DNA from: Komarekiella atlantica HA4396-MV6
GTDB taxonomy: Bacteria; Cyanobacteriota; Cyanobacteriia; Cyanobacteriales; Nostocaceae
Length of the DNA stretch: 64,000 nucleotides
Reading direction: 5' to 3'
Assembly (NCBI GenBank): GCA_019359395.1
Contig: JAHHHK010000010.1
Span: 111,894 to 175,893 of the forward strand
Shown in pieces: positions 37,953 through 47,900 of the stretch. The notes beneath the pieces are model-generated. The model was not told where the DNA came from, ran no database searches, and worked only from the letters and a program-made list of their open reading frames with translations. The translations under genes were made by a program, and so were the position numbers. The stretch's first letter is position 1, and every line of letters starts with the position of its first letter.

Positions 37953-39083
37953 TTAATTTTTCATAATTATTGAATTTGAACCATTAAGGTGAGTAATAAA
38001 AATATTGGTTTGTACAGACAGGCTATGGGTTTGATACCAAGCATAGGCATTGTCAGCAATTACTTGTCCTAATTTTAAAGATAACTGGCTGTTTTTATTG
38101 CTAGCAGACCAGTAATGCTTACCGCTTTGAAGACCATCTGTTGGCATTGCGTTATGAGTAACCATACAAGGAATTAGCCTATGGGCACAGAAAGCCGCAA
38201 AAATAGTTGATTTTGCTAGATATGCAGGTGGAGGAAAATTTAAAAATCCGGCAATAGAATTTAACATTATTTTGCTAATTTCTACTGTCTCAATGGCTCC
38301 TGTTTCCACAACAAGAATACCATTAATTTCAGATATTTCTAACCCAGTAGGAATGCCAATATCGTATATTTCTTTAATCTCCAAACTTTTACAAGCTAGT
38401 TCCAAAGCTTGACGACCTTGCTGATAAACTTGCAATTTACTGTTTTTATGTCCAAATAAAACTAGTCGTCGAGTACGTTCTCTTAGAGGTGGGTTACACT
38501 CTGGTTCTCCAATATTGGAAAAAACAGGCAGATGGGCAATTTGAGTTTTATTTCGACTCATTTTGGATAAAATTTCAGCATAACTCTGCTTGCTAGTGAT
38601 ACATTGATCGCTCATATTCACTAAGCGCTCGGCCAATTGTTTTTGTAAGGGTGATAACCAGAAAGAACTAGTCCATATTGGATATCCAGCGGCATAAACT
38701 TCATGAAACATTGTTACCAAGTGCGAGTCGGCACTGTTAGCTTTCCAGCGTTTTAAACCTTGAACTAGCCAAACTGGACAGCCTCTTTCGGCATAACCAT
38801 AACCTACATAATGTAGTAAAATTGGGATTGACTCATTCTGGTCAAATGATAATAGAGAGAACAATGCTTTAGCAGAATTAGCCGTTACTTGTTGTATCGT
38901 AAAATCTTCAATTTCTGTAGCTCCTTGCCAGTTGCGATCGCCAACAACAAACCGCGTTTCGATGTTGTACTCTTTCCGCAACTGACGAGCTATATTTAAC
39001 GCATAGTCGCCTAACCCATTGATTGATGGCGGTAGTTGAGGAACAATTTGAATAATTTGAATTAACTTATTTGTTAGCGTCAC
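37953..39083 (-). CDS. Putative GT-B fold glycosyltransferase (atypical)
   Basis: PQLPPSINGLGDYA, LHYVGYGY, VTMFHEVY, PVFSNIGEP, KSTIFAAFCAH; the canonical GT4 EGFG motif is missing. Confidence 0.65.
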   Translation of the reverse strand: MTLTNKLIQIIQIVPQLPPSINGLGDYALNIARQLRKEYNIETRFVVGDRNWQGATEIEDFTIQQVTANSAKALFSLLSFDQNESIPILLHYVGYGYAERGCPVWLVQGLKRWKANSADSHLVTMFHEVYAAGYPIWTSSFWLSPLQKQLAERLVNMSDQCITSKQSYAEILSKMSRNKTQIAHLPVFSNIGEPECNPPLRERTRRLVLFGHKNSKLQVYQQGRQALELACKSLEIKEIYDIGIPTGLEISEINGILVVETGAIETVEISKIMLNSIAGFLNFPPPAYLAKSTIFAAFCAHRLIPCMVTHNAMPTDGLQSGKHYWSASNKNSQLSLKLGQVIADNAYAWYQTHSLSVQTNIFITHLNGSNSIIMKN

Positions 39084-39144
39084 TTAAACGGTTTAATTTT
39101 CTGATATTTTTTAAAAAGTAACAATTGGACTTGATAAATCAAAA

Positions 39145-39957
39145 TTACTCACAACGAGAGAATAAAACAACCATACTTGTATGGAGTTTTCTTTGCAAAG
39201 CTAAAGGAGTTTTATTAGTAAAGATTTCTAAATTATTAATCCATTTCTTAGGTAGTAAGTTAAGTAGAGTCCCTAACTTTAAATAGCCGTTTGTCAGCGT
39301 ATTACTAAAAAGTCGAGTTTCTAAAATAGATAAATTGGTTTGCTGAGCTAGGGATTTAACTTCGTCTAGATGCAATAAAAAAATGTGACCATCTGAGTTA
39401 GGTTGGAATTGTATTGCTTCAAACTGACTGGGATCAGAGCATTCAGAAAACTTAGGCAAATTATTCTGAAAATATTCACCATTAGGTGTACTCATAACAA
39501 TGTATCCACCAGGTTTAACCATCTTGGCAATATTCTTTAAAAACTCATCAGGATGGGCAACGTGTTCAATAATTTCAGCAATTAGTATAATATCAAATTC
39601 TGAGTTAAAACCAAGTGTAAATACATCTCCCGCTACGTAATTAATATTCCCATATTCCCATTTCAGTTTTACATAGTCTATTAACTCCTCACGCATATCA
39701 TTCCAAGTAACTTCATAGCCCATTTCTGCCAGAGATAAACTAAAGTTTCCTTGAGCAGCAGCTACGTCTAAGACTTTTGCCCCTGGCTTGGCAACTGTTT
39801 TTATTAAGTCCAATATGTGTTTGCGACGATAAGCATAGGCATAGGCATATCCAAGATATTTAGGAAAATTTGTGTCTTCATATATTTCTAACAGATCGTA
39901 TTGATAGCTATATTGCCAACTTTCAGGCCAAGTTGATTCTGGTGTAATTTTTTTCAT
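39145..39957 (-). CDS. Class I SAM-dependent methyltransferase (UbiG-like)
   Basis: KVLDVAAAQG, FDIILIAEIIEHVAHP, VKPGGYIVMSTPN. Confidence 0.88.
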   Translation of the reverse strand: MKKITPESTWPESWQYSYQYDLLEIYEDTNFPKYLGYAYAYAYRRKHILDLIKTVAKPGAKVLDVAAAQGNFSLSLAEMGYEVTWNDMREELIDYVKLKWEYGNINYVAGDVFTLGFNSEFDIILIAEIIEHVAHPDEFLKNIAKMVKPGGYIVMSTPNGEYFQNNLPKFSECSDPSQFEAIQFQPNSDGHIFLLHLDEVKSLAQQTNLSILETRLFSNTLTNGYLKLGTLLNLLPKKWINNLEIFTNKTPLALQRKLHTSMVVLFSRCE

Positions 39958-40007
39958 GACTGAATATATAAAAAATTATTTTTTTTAATTTATAGAAAAT
40001 GTTTATT

Positions 40008-40868
40008 TCAAACTTTATTTTTTAAATGAAATCTAAAATATAACTTAAAAGCCATATATAAAAATGAGATATGCTCTAAAAAAGCTTCTTTAAAACCAGG
40101 GTAACTAAATTTTAATAATCCTGGAATTGTAGTTTTAATAAACCCACGTAAAGTATAACTAAGGTAAGTTTTATAGTTGATTTTAGCTAATTCTTCTGGA
40201 TGAATGGATAAGTAAATTAGTGTTGATTCTTGATGCTGTCTCAGCTTTTTCCAGCCTCCACTATGTCTCCACGGATGACATACAGAAGCAGATTGAATAA
40301 AGAAAAACCTGTTTCCCATTTTCATGAGTCTTAACCTCAGCTCTACATCTTCCATAGCAGCGTAGGGAAATCGCTCGTCAAAACCTCCTAAAGACTCGAA
40401 AAGTTGGCTTTGAATAGCAAAGTTGCATGACCACAAAAATCCTCCTGACTCATTAATAGGGGATGTTTCATCTAAAGTTTTTCTGGGACGATCAACATAA
40501 GTTCTACCCTCAAAGACTAAAGCAGAGGGTTGAGTAATTTTAGCTTGAGCATAACCTTCTAACCATTGAGGGTCAGGTAAGCAATCATCATCTGTGAAAG
40601 CCAGCCATTCACCTTGAGCATATTTAGCTCCATTGTTACGATTTGCCGCTGGGCCCTTGCGTGGGCCAGCTACCCACTTTACCCAGGGGTAGCGTTCTTG
40701 AATCATCTCCTCGGCAGTCGTTTGAGAGCTATCATCTGTCACAATTACCTCGTATTGCTCATCTGCTAAAGTCTGAATTCCAGGCACTAGGCAATCCAAA
40801 CATTTTGCTAGCAAATCATTACGATTATAAGTTGGAATAATAACTGTAAATAAAGGACTAGATTTCAT
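40008..40868 (-). CDS. GT2 glycosyltransferase
   Basis: VIIPTYNR, GPAANRN, LAFTDDDC, GGFDERF...EDVEL. Confidence 0.92.
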   Translation of the reverse strand: MKSSPLFTVIIPTYNRNDLLAKCLDCLVPGIQTLADEQYEVIVTDDSSQTTAEEMIQERYPWVKWVAGPRKGPAANRNNGAKYAQGEWLAFTDDDCLPDPQWLEGYAQAKITQPSALVFEGRTYVDRPRKTLDETSPINESGGFLWSCNFAIQSQLFESLGGFDERFPYAAMEDVELRLRLMKMGNRFFFIQSASVCHPWRHSGGWKKLRQHQESTLIYLSIHPEELAKINYKTYLSYTLRGFIKTTIPGLLKFSYPGFKEAFLEHISFLYMAFKLYFRFHLKNKV

Positions 40869-41740
40869 TGTTGTACAACAGTTTGAAAGGCGCGTTTAAA
40901 TCGACGACCTATTGCTCTTACGGATCGATTATTTCTTTGATAGGACAAACTCCACTGTCTAACCTGTTCATCCCATTCAGCTTTTTCTGCTTGGGTCAAA
41001 AAGTTATAGAAAATTTGATGAATTGGTCGAGGTACATCCATACGTATACCTGCCCAGTGAATTAAATAGGGTCGGCGTGATGGTTCACTCCAGTAATGTT
41101 CAAATTCATCTGGATAGTCTCCCGCCCATGTTGATTCCATGCTCAAAGGAGGTAATGTTAAGTTTGTCACTTGCACTCCAGATGCAAATACAAGCAAGTT
41201 AAGACCGGGTTGTTCGTGAAAACGATCTCGAATACAGGTATTTACAAAGTCCGATCGCATCGCTGTGTACTTCAGTTGTTCAATTTCAAAAATTGTGCGA
41301 TCGCAAGCAAATTGCCCGGTGTTAAATATATTCTTCTGCCAAATAGTACTTTTTTTTGCAATTATTTCTCTTGATTCTTGTGTTATTGTCTGTTCTGGAT
41401 TATGCCAATGTCCACAAGAAGTAATAAAGCCAGAATAAGGCTCTAATATCTCTTCTGGATTCTTTAAAAAACATACATCCGCATCTACAAACTGATAATT
41501 TGCTACTGTTAAACACTGATATTTTCGCATTACCGAATGAGATTTTTCACTCTTTAACCAACTCGTAATTTCAGGTACTTCCCACCAGGTAGATCCATTT
41601 GGCAGATCGAAAAGCTTGTCATCATACGGAATTACCAAAAGGGGAAGTTGGCAACCTGTTGCACGTAAGGAACGCTCCATTGCGAGAAAGCGTAGTCTTA
41701 CCTTATTATTAGCCAGAGTAATAATTTTCTCAATTTTCAT
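40865..41740 (-). CDS. Putative GT-A fold transferase (GT8-like, atypical)
   Basis: FVDADV (DxD), FNTGQF, EQPGLN, YLIHWAG, which parallel the GT8 motifs DxD / FNxG / DQ / HxxG. Confidence 0.55.
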   Translation of the reverse strand: MKIEKIITLANNKVRLRFLAMERSLRATGCQLPLLVIPYDDKLFDLPNGSTWWEVPEITSWLKSEKSHSVMRKYQCLTVANYQFVDADVCFLKNPEEILEPYSGFITSCGHWHNPEQTITQESREIIAKKSTIWQKNIFNTGQFACDRTIFEIEQLKYTAMRSDFVNTCIRDRFHEQPGLNLLVFASGVQVTNLTLPPLSMESTWAGDYPDEFEHYWSEPSRRPYLIHWAGIRMDVPRPIHQIFYNFLTQAEKAEWDEQVRQWSLSYQRNNRSVRAIGRRFKRAFQTVVQQ

Positions 41741-41858
41741 AATAGTCTATATATCAACCAAACTAACTGTGTTTAAATTATCAGTTTTTTATATTATGTG
41801 AAAAATTGTAAGTTTTTGGGCGTCAATCCAAAATTGATATTACTGCTTAGTATTAAGC

Positions 41859-43505
41859 TCAAAATAATAAGTTTTTCATCCGAGAGTAAAACCACTCAGG
41901 TAGCAGTAAGGTAAACCATTTAAACGAGTCAAAGCGACTAAAACCGTATTTTGTTATCAGCTTTATTAAGTTGTGCAAACGGTAATTGAATGGCATCTTC
42001 CTCATACGGCTTTGAATTATCCTGTCAAGATCAATGTCTTCTTGGCAAAAAATACGGGTTAATAGGGTGTCCGGCTCATTGCTAGACATCTGATCCGTTG
42101 TAGGTATCATAGATACACGAGGCAGAGTGACAGCACGGAAGTATATATCTTCTAAGGAGTGTTGCCAGTTTATGCCCATGTGTATCTCTGTTATGTCTGT
42201 TCTGGTTGCTTCACCAACAGATAGCCTGAATTCCAGATCTTCAATTAAATTAGATAAGATTGCTGTGTACTCTTCAAGATCCCGTGCATAGATAAGATTG
42301 GTAGTCAGACCTGGGGAATCTGCACCAATTATGCTGCACACATCGGAAAATGGATAGCGGCTTACCAGAGGCATACCATAGCTTCCAGCCTCTAACAAAG
42401 ATGTATTCGAGACAAAGGGAAATGTGTCAACATAGATATCAGCAGCCTGATAAAAAATGCTGGTATCTTGAGACTCTTCCAGTAGTCTGATTCTTCCTTG
42501 TGTTTGCTCAATGGCTACTGACCAATTTTCATCGTTATTGCCTGCACCAATGGCAATCAGAATGACTTGTTTGTATTTTTGCAACACAGGAAGATGTACA
42601 TCAGCATAACTGGTTCCATATATTGTTTTGAACTTAAGCGCTCTAGCGATGGAAAGCACTACAATGCTGTCTTCATCAAGACCAAGCTGCTGTTTTGCAT
42701 TTGTGCGAGAAAGGGTTCTTTGAATAGGATTTAAAATAATAGGAAGTAGTAAGTTACGTTCTACTGCAATACCTCTACGCTCTTGTGAGAGACGCTTACC
42801 AGATTCACGAAGATTAGCCACAACATCACTAATACTATATCCTAGCCAAAAGCATTGATCGGCTTGATTTACGTAGATAATCGGTGGAGATTGCTCCCTG
42901 TTAGCAAAGGCAATAATAGGAATAACATCTTCTTGGTGTGTATGTAGCACAACCACGTCTGCTAATGTGGCAATTTCTCGGAGTCGTTTTGCCCAAGAAA
43001 TAATGCTGCCAATGCTTTCACTTAATGAATATATCTTGCCTTGACTATTATTTACAGCTTCTTTAAGAAAACTGGGCACATTTTCTAGTTCCTGTCGAGT
43101 GATAGCAATGGAGTGTATCCGCTCACTATCCTGCTGAATCCAACGATAAAGCATTTTGGCATGTCCACCAATGGGTGGAAGATGGGTAGCGACATGCAGT
43201 ACTCTCTTTGGTGTTCCAGCTAATGAAGCAGTTGAATTGAGAGAATATAGGCTGTTTGGTATCACCTTTCGTCCAATTGTAAGCAGAAGTTGCTCTAGTT
43301 CTGGGCTAACAAAAAGACCGCAATGTTGAAAAGTCGCGTATAAAGCGGCAATTTCTGCATATACGGCTGCTGCACTGTAATCATTGCGTTGTACTAAATC
43401 TTTTGTTTGTGAAACAAGACTGCGGAACACATCGAAACGTTTTTGAATTAGGTGGTAGCCTTCTTTATGCAAAGTTTGGAGTGTATGGTTAGCTATTTTC
43501 TGCAT
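41859..43505 (-). CDS. Putative GT-B glycosyltransferase with helical N-terminal extension
   Basis: VLHVATHLPPIGGHAKM, ADIYVDTFPF...SLLEAGSYGMP. Confidence 0.65.
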   Translation of the reverse strand: MQKIANHTLQTLHKEGYHLIQKRFDVFRSLVSQTKDLVQRNDYSAAAVYAEIAALYATFQHCGLFVSPELEQLLLTIGRKVIPNSLYSLNSTASLAGTPKRVLHVATHLPPIGGHAKMLYRWIQQDSERIHSIAITRQELENVPSFLKEAVNNSQGKIYSLSESIGSIISWAKRLREIATLADVVVLHTHQEDVIPIIAFANREQSPPIIYVNQADQCFWLGYSISDVVANLRESGKRLSQERRGIAVERNLLLPIILNPIQRTLSRTNAKQQLGLDEDSIVVLSIARALKFKTIYGTSYADVHLPVLQKYKQVILIAIGAGNNDENWSVAIEQTQGRIRLLEESQDTSIFYQAADIYVDTFPFVSNTSLLEAGSYGMPLVSRYPFSDVCSIIGADSPGLTTNLIYARDLEEYTAILSNLIEDLEFRLSVGEATRTDITEIHMGINWQHSLEDIYFRAVTLPRVSMIPTTDQMSSNEPDTLLTRIFCQEDIDLDRIIQSRMRKMPFNYRLHNLIKLITKYGFSRFDSFKWFTLLLPEWFYSRMKNLLF

Positions 43506-43768
43506 ACAATTGTTTGCTAAATTCTGCTTAGCTGTAATGGATATCGGTATTGCTGAGTGAACACATAAATGAGCTTAATACAAAGACGTAAAAGCTGAGA
43601 ATATAAGAGTTTAAAATATTGCATTTTATAATTGTATGCTTATATTTTGTAACGTTTGGATACGATAACTTAGATCTAAAAAATAGCATTAATCCCAAGA
43701 GTTAGTATCAAATTATTCCTTTAATAAAAAGCAATTACTAAAGCGATCGCGCGACGGTTTTGATTCGT

Positions 43769-43800
43769 GCGATCGCCTCCGGCGGGGCGTAGCCCATCGC
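43769..43800. repeat. Short dispersed repeat (SDR) inserted at a HIP1 site
   Basis: GCGATCGC-CTCCGGCGGGGCGTAGCCC-ATCGC: a 24-nt unit with duplicated ATCGC. A second HIP1 lies at 43743. Confidence 0.7.
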
Positions 43801-43909
43801 ATCTAGTTACATCTCTCATTCAAAAGTTGATGCTTGTGAATTTCACCTATTTTCCACATGAACATGGAAGAATGTACAGCAGCAAATTATTCAAAGCTTC
43901 GTTGTAACA

Positions 43910-44902
43910 TTAGAGAGAGAACGCAAACTTTTCCGCGACAAAGCTCTTAACTAGACCCATTTTGCCAGTTTTCACGTCCACGGTAAACAAGGCATTGTTT
44001 TTGCCATTCTTGTCAGCAGCAAGCGCATACAATTGCCCAGAGGCAGAGAAGCCCAAGTCTTTAACATCGTTGAACAGAGGGCGTCCTTCAACGGTCAGTG
44101 GGGCCAGTCTCTTGATTTTGACTTTGCCGGTAACTATGGCTTTGTCCTGCAAGTTCATCGTGATTAAAATGGGGACATTTTCTGAGCCAATCTCAGTTGC
44201 GAAAATATTTCCCTTCTGATCTTGGCATAGGTTAGCGAATCGATGAGTGAGTGGTAGTGGAGGTAGGGCCAGTTCATCTTTAGAAATAATTTTACCTGTT
44301 CTGTAATCGAGTGTTTTGAAAGCAAAAGGTGGGATGCCTTCATTTCCAACCAAGCACAGAATTTGATTATTGGGAAGGCTGACCAAACTTTCAACAGTCT
44401 GATTAGATTTCTCTAAGCCGAGAATTTTTTTTGCTCTGAATTGACGGTTAGTAGCACCACCGATAGCAGATATGAGATGACTGAAATAACCATTTCTTGT
44501 ACTAGAGACAGTAGAAATTACAACAGTTTTATCTCCAAGCACTATCGCTTTCGTAACTCGATCAGAGTCAGGTAAGAAAAAAGCCCGAGGTTTTTTCGGT
44601 ACAGGTGACAGATTCTCAACAGATAGAACTGGCAAATTCACCTTAGAAAGAACCTTCAGATCTAGCAGCTCAGCAGAAATAACTTTTCCTACCGTCAGAT
44701 CAGCAGTGTTTAATTCCACTGGCGGAGTTTGGTCTTCCCGGTTTCGACTATTAGATGTCTTAAGGAGATTTATTCCATAAAGAACCTCTTTGCTCGGCTC
44801 ACTCTTCTGAGCAAGCGCCTTACTAGAGAGGTCGGCAACAACAGTGGTAGTGAAACTGGCTGCTACTAACTTGGCAAATTGTCGGCGTTGCAGTGGTGTC
44901 AT
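43910..44902 (-). CDS. Tat-exported hypothetical protein (possible beta-propeller)
   Basis: LQRRQFAKL twin-arginine motif, h-region, ALA|Q cleavage; repeated beta-rich segments (LGFSASGQLYAL...LFTVDVKTG); AAGGAG SD. Confidence 0.7.
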   Translation of the reverse strand: MTPLQRRQFAKLVAASFTTTVVADLSSKALAQKSEPSKEVLYGINLLKTSNSRNREDQTPPVELNTADLTVGKVISAELLDLKVLSKVNLPVLSVENLSPVPKKPRAFFLPDSDRVTKAIVLGDKTVVISTVSSTRNGYFSHLISAIGGATNRQFRAKKILGLEKSNQTVESLVSLPNNQILCLVGNEGIPPFAFKTLDYRTGKIISKDELALPPLPLTHRFANLCQDQKGNIFATEIGSENVPILITMNLQDKAIVTGKVKIKRLAPLTVEGRPLFNDVKDLGFSASGQLYALAADKNGKNNALFTVDVKTGKMGLVKSFVAEKFAFSL

Positions 44903-44925
44903 TCTTTTACTCCTTGTGGGATGCT

Positions 44926-47900
44926 TTAGGGAACAATCAGGTTTGCATTTGGTGCCTGGGGTCTAGCTCCCATGTCTGCTAAGATGTTGACAGTTATTTG
45001 CTTGACGCGAAGATCTTCCCGCGCTGGGCTAACATCGGCACTGTCTAAACCCCATGCCCACTGAATCGTGCCAGAGGCAAAGACTTTAGCCCCACTACTA
45101 GCGGTGTAGCGAGTTGAGTGGGCTTTGGTAAAATCCTGGTTAGCAGGGAGGGCTTGTTCTCCAGGCGGTTCGTCAAAGTTTGGCAATAAGGCAGCAGGCT
45201 GGACTGGTGACTGGGACAACATGACGAGGTTGGGAGGAGTTGACCCATTATTAACAATAAAATCCCATTCATAACCCACTAACAGAGCCAGCTGATCCCC
45301 ATTCTGAAGTCCCGTATTCGCATAGTAAGGATCGCTGCTGTTGGTGACAACAAAATTAAAACCACCGTAGAGATCCAGGTCGCTACCGTACATGACTCCT
45401 AACAAAGCGTTTTCCGGCCTTTGGTTCTGAACGCTGCGGAATTTATTAGTAGCTGCTGATGGCCCTTGCTGCTGGGCGACTGGATCTGATGCCCAATCTT
45501 GTTTGTAGCATGCCATCACCCGGTTGGGCTTCACTTGCCCAGCAGCGAGAGTGGAATTTTCAAACCTTACTCGCCAATAGCAAGTATTGGCAGAGAAAAA
45601 TCCCAAATTAATTCCGCCATTACGAGCAGCCTCAACGGCATCGTACATTTCCTTAGACCAATACTCATCGTGACCCACAGACAAGAATACTTTGTGATCG
45701 AGTAAACTTTGTCCGTTGGTGTGAACCTGCATGTTGTCGGTGTAGGTAACATCGTAACCTTGAGATTCCAGCCAGCGCACCATATTGTATTCCCATCGCA
45801 GGGGTGTGTCGGCCTCGTAGGACTCTTGAGAAGTTGCCTGGGATATGGGCCGGTCATAGGAAACCTTGAAAGCTCTTGGACCGTTGCTGTTAAAGTTGTA
45901 CAAGCTGTGACCTCCGACCGTGTTATAAGCCAGAACACAAGAAACGGCGCTCTGGAACAAGATATCGGCAGTGCTGCTATCATCACGGACGACAAACCAC
46001 ACGTGCGCTACTTTGCCACTCGCTTGATCAGTGAGCTTTGCTATATAAATACCACTAGTCCAGTTATTGCCTACCTGTAAGACGTAGGATGTTGTCCAGT
46101 TACACTCGACCAAGCGGGTATCAGGGTCTAAGGTAGCGGCGGATTGGGTTGTGCCATTGAGTGAGCCGCTGCTCGCCATCAGCCTGCCGCCCGTGCCACT
46201 ATAGTAGCCCAAGCGATATACGTCAATGGTAAACTGTCCAGCTTGTCCAAGAGAAACCTTGATGTCTAGCGATTCCCCTTTATTGACACTGGTTGCTGAG
46301 GCGTAGCCAGCAATCTCACCACTACCACGGTTAACAAGTTTCCAGTTAGTTGTACCGGGATTGAGGTTTTCCAAATAGATTGGATTGGGGTTCGCCGGAG
46401 TTGCTGAAGCAGAGAAGGTGACATTGCCGATGCCATCTGCTGTCGCGGTTACTACTACCCCTCCGGGTGCGGTAGGAACTGGCCCTAGGGTCAAGGTAGT
46501 ACTTGCTTGACCGCTACCATTAGTTACTACACTGACGGGTGAGACTGACCCCCCACCACTGCTAACGACAAAGTTCACCGTTACCCCTGACTGAGGATTA
46601 TTTTGGGCGTTTACAACTCGCACTACTAAGGGATTGGGCAGCGCTGATCCCGTTGTGCCAATCTGATTGTCTCCACTAACTTTAACCAAGCTACTGCCGA
46701 CGACAAAGGCGATATCGCGATAATAGTTAGTATTCCGGTAAGAACCAGTTGGGAAAGAATTGGGGTTTAAATTATATACCCCATTGTTGCCGTCTGCGAC
46801 TGAGCTAAGATCCCCCTGGACGATGGAACTGCCTAGTTCATCTTGGGTTGCCACATAATGGCTATTTGCGTTGACAGAGACTACATAAGTTGTATTAGAT
46901 AAGATGTTTACTGGCGTTTCTAGAAGCTGTTCTTGCCAACCAGAAGCAGTTTCGTTAGTAAAAGTGACACTTTCTAATAGGGTTCCCGTTGCCGTCCAAA
47001 GCTTACCGATATGAGTTCCTGTCTCGCTAGCGGCTTTCCAGAAGCGAATGGCGGTAATTTGTCCCCCTCTAGTACTGCGGAATTTCATGCCTAATTCATA
47101 GGAAACATTATCAGTGAAATTTGCAAGGCTCGGTACTTGAGTCGTCAAAACTGTTTGTGCGTTTCCTGATGGATTAGCTGTGGCTGAGAAAGTAACGCTA
47201 CCTATTCCGCTTGCCGTGGCACTTACATTATTAGTTACAGGACTTGTTGCACCAGGACTAGCTCCTAGCGTTAAGGTAGTACTAGCCTGACCGCTAGCAT
47301 TAGTTACTGCACTAGCGGGCGAGACTGACCCCCCGCCACTGGTAACGGCAAAGTTTACCGTGACCCCAGATTGGGGATTACCAGTACTGTCTTTGACCTG
47401 AACAACCAAGGGGTTAGGTAAGGTAGTTGCGACTGCACCAGTCTGATTGTCGCCGCTAACTTTAGTAATAGTCGGCAGGGCAACAGCAACAAAGTTGATG
47501 TCACGAAAATAGTTAGTATTGCGGTAAGAACCGGTTGGGAAAGCTCCAGGTGTTCCATTAAACACCCCATTATTACCGTCTGCCACTGAGCTAAGATCGC
47601 TATTAACTATGGGGTTGCCCAGTTGATCGTAAGTGGCGACATAATAAGCATTTACGTTAACGGAGACTACATAGGTCGTATTAGCTTGAATGTTAACTGG
47701 TGTTGCTAGAAGCTGCTCCTGCCAGCCGGAAGCTGTTTCATTAGAGAAGGTAACGCTTGCTAATAGGGTTCCCGTTGCCGTCCAAAGCTTGCCAGTATGA
47801 GTTCCTGTCTCGCTAGGAGCTTTCCAAAAGCGAATGGCGGTAATCTGTCCCCCAGTAGCGCTGCGGAATTTCATGCCTAATTCGTAGGGAACGCTATCGG

